Of a stretch of DNA of 64,000 bases, positions 63,873 through 64,000 are shown piece after piece. The translations under genes and the position numbers were made by a program. The notes under the pieces are model-generated. The model saw nothing but the letters and a program-made list of their open reading frames with translations, did no database searches and was not told the origin of the DNA. How positions within the stretch are numbered: position 1 is the stretch's first letter; each line of letters opens with the position of its first letter. The stretch comes from an uncultured Acidimicrobiaceae bacterium. GTDB lineage: Bacteria; Actinomycetota; Acidimicrobiia; Acidimicrobiales; RAAP-2. Where the stretch lies: the NCBI GenBank assembly GCA_963807675.1, contig CAWECP010000009.1, positions 2,030 to 66,029 on the forward strand, read 5' to 3'.

Positions 63873-64000
63873 TTCACAACGACACCGTGACCGGTCGCGT
63901 TAAGGCTGGCTCTCGGAGTTGGTCTCCAGGTGGCACGGCCACGGAGATTGACGGCGAGTGCGAAGCTGACCGACCAGGGTCTACCACAGGTTCCACGGAT

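Noticed and set aside
63970-64000. CCACAGGTTC near the window end, matching 10 nt of the tRNA-Val T-arm region (possible attR)
   Set aside because: Only a 10-nt match that diverges immediately afterwards, and the window ends there. Too weak to call an attachment site.

Overview
Very GC-rich, actinobacterial-type chromosomal segment, read by eye from the sequence and ORF track; no searches were run. The backbone is a conserved housekeeping block with Mycobacterium-like synteny: ftsK, an S11 D-Ala-D-Ala carboxypeptidase, thrB, miaB-miaA-dapF-hflX-dapC, a LysR/cupin pair, dapD-dapE, nei/fpg, lexA, LysM-nrdR, dinB, sortase E, an L,D-transpeptidase, glnD, tRNA-Cys and tRNA-Val. Visibly more A/T-rich accessory patches interrupt it:
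(a) A TPR-only gene at 11.1-12.1 kb.
(b) An orphan solute-binding protein plus a decayed class III cyclase with an internal inversion at 28.7-31.4 kb.
(c) An IS200/IS605 element (tnpA+tnpB) inserted exactly at the GTGA stop/start overlap of a tauD-ssuA-ssuC-ssuB-like sulfonate cluster.
(d) Everything downstream of tRNA-Val (53.8 kb to the window end). This stretch holds a toxin-antitoxin-like pair, remnants of a sigma factor, a transposase, an Xis-like HTH and a MobF relaxase, and an ISL3 element with 8-bp target duplication inserted into codon 7/8 of a type II NADH dehydrogenase. It also holds an MFS transporter and DUF3237 and VOC genes.
Other notable points:
- Two tandem paralogs encode a secreted 6-repeat (propeller-like) plus SGNH esterase protein.
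- Six perfect and one imperfect actinobacterial SOS boxes sit at three loci.
- Single-base indels at short homopolymer or G/C-rich runs break otherwise intact core genes (ftsK, miaA, dapD, a LysR regulator and others). This argues for assembly indel errors and makes all pseudogene calls here provisional.
I did not find a clearly novel multi-gene system. The best candidates for something undescribed are the tandem propeller-SGNH pair, the TA-like pair next to tRNA-Val, and the TnpB element whose companion TnpA carries Cys in place of the catalytic Tyr.
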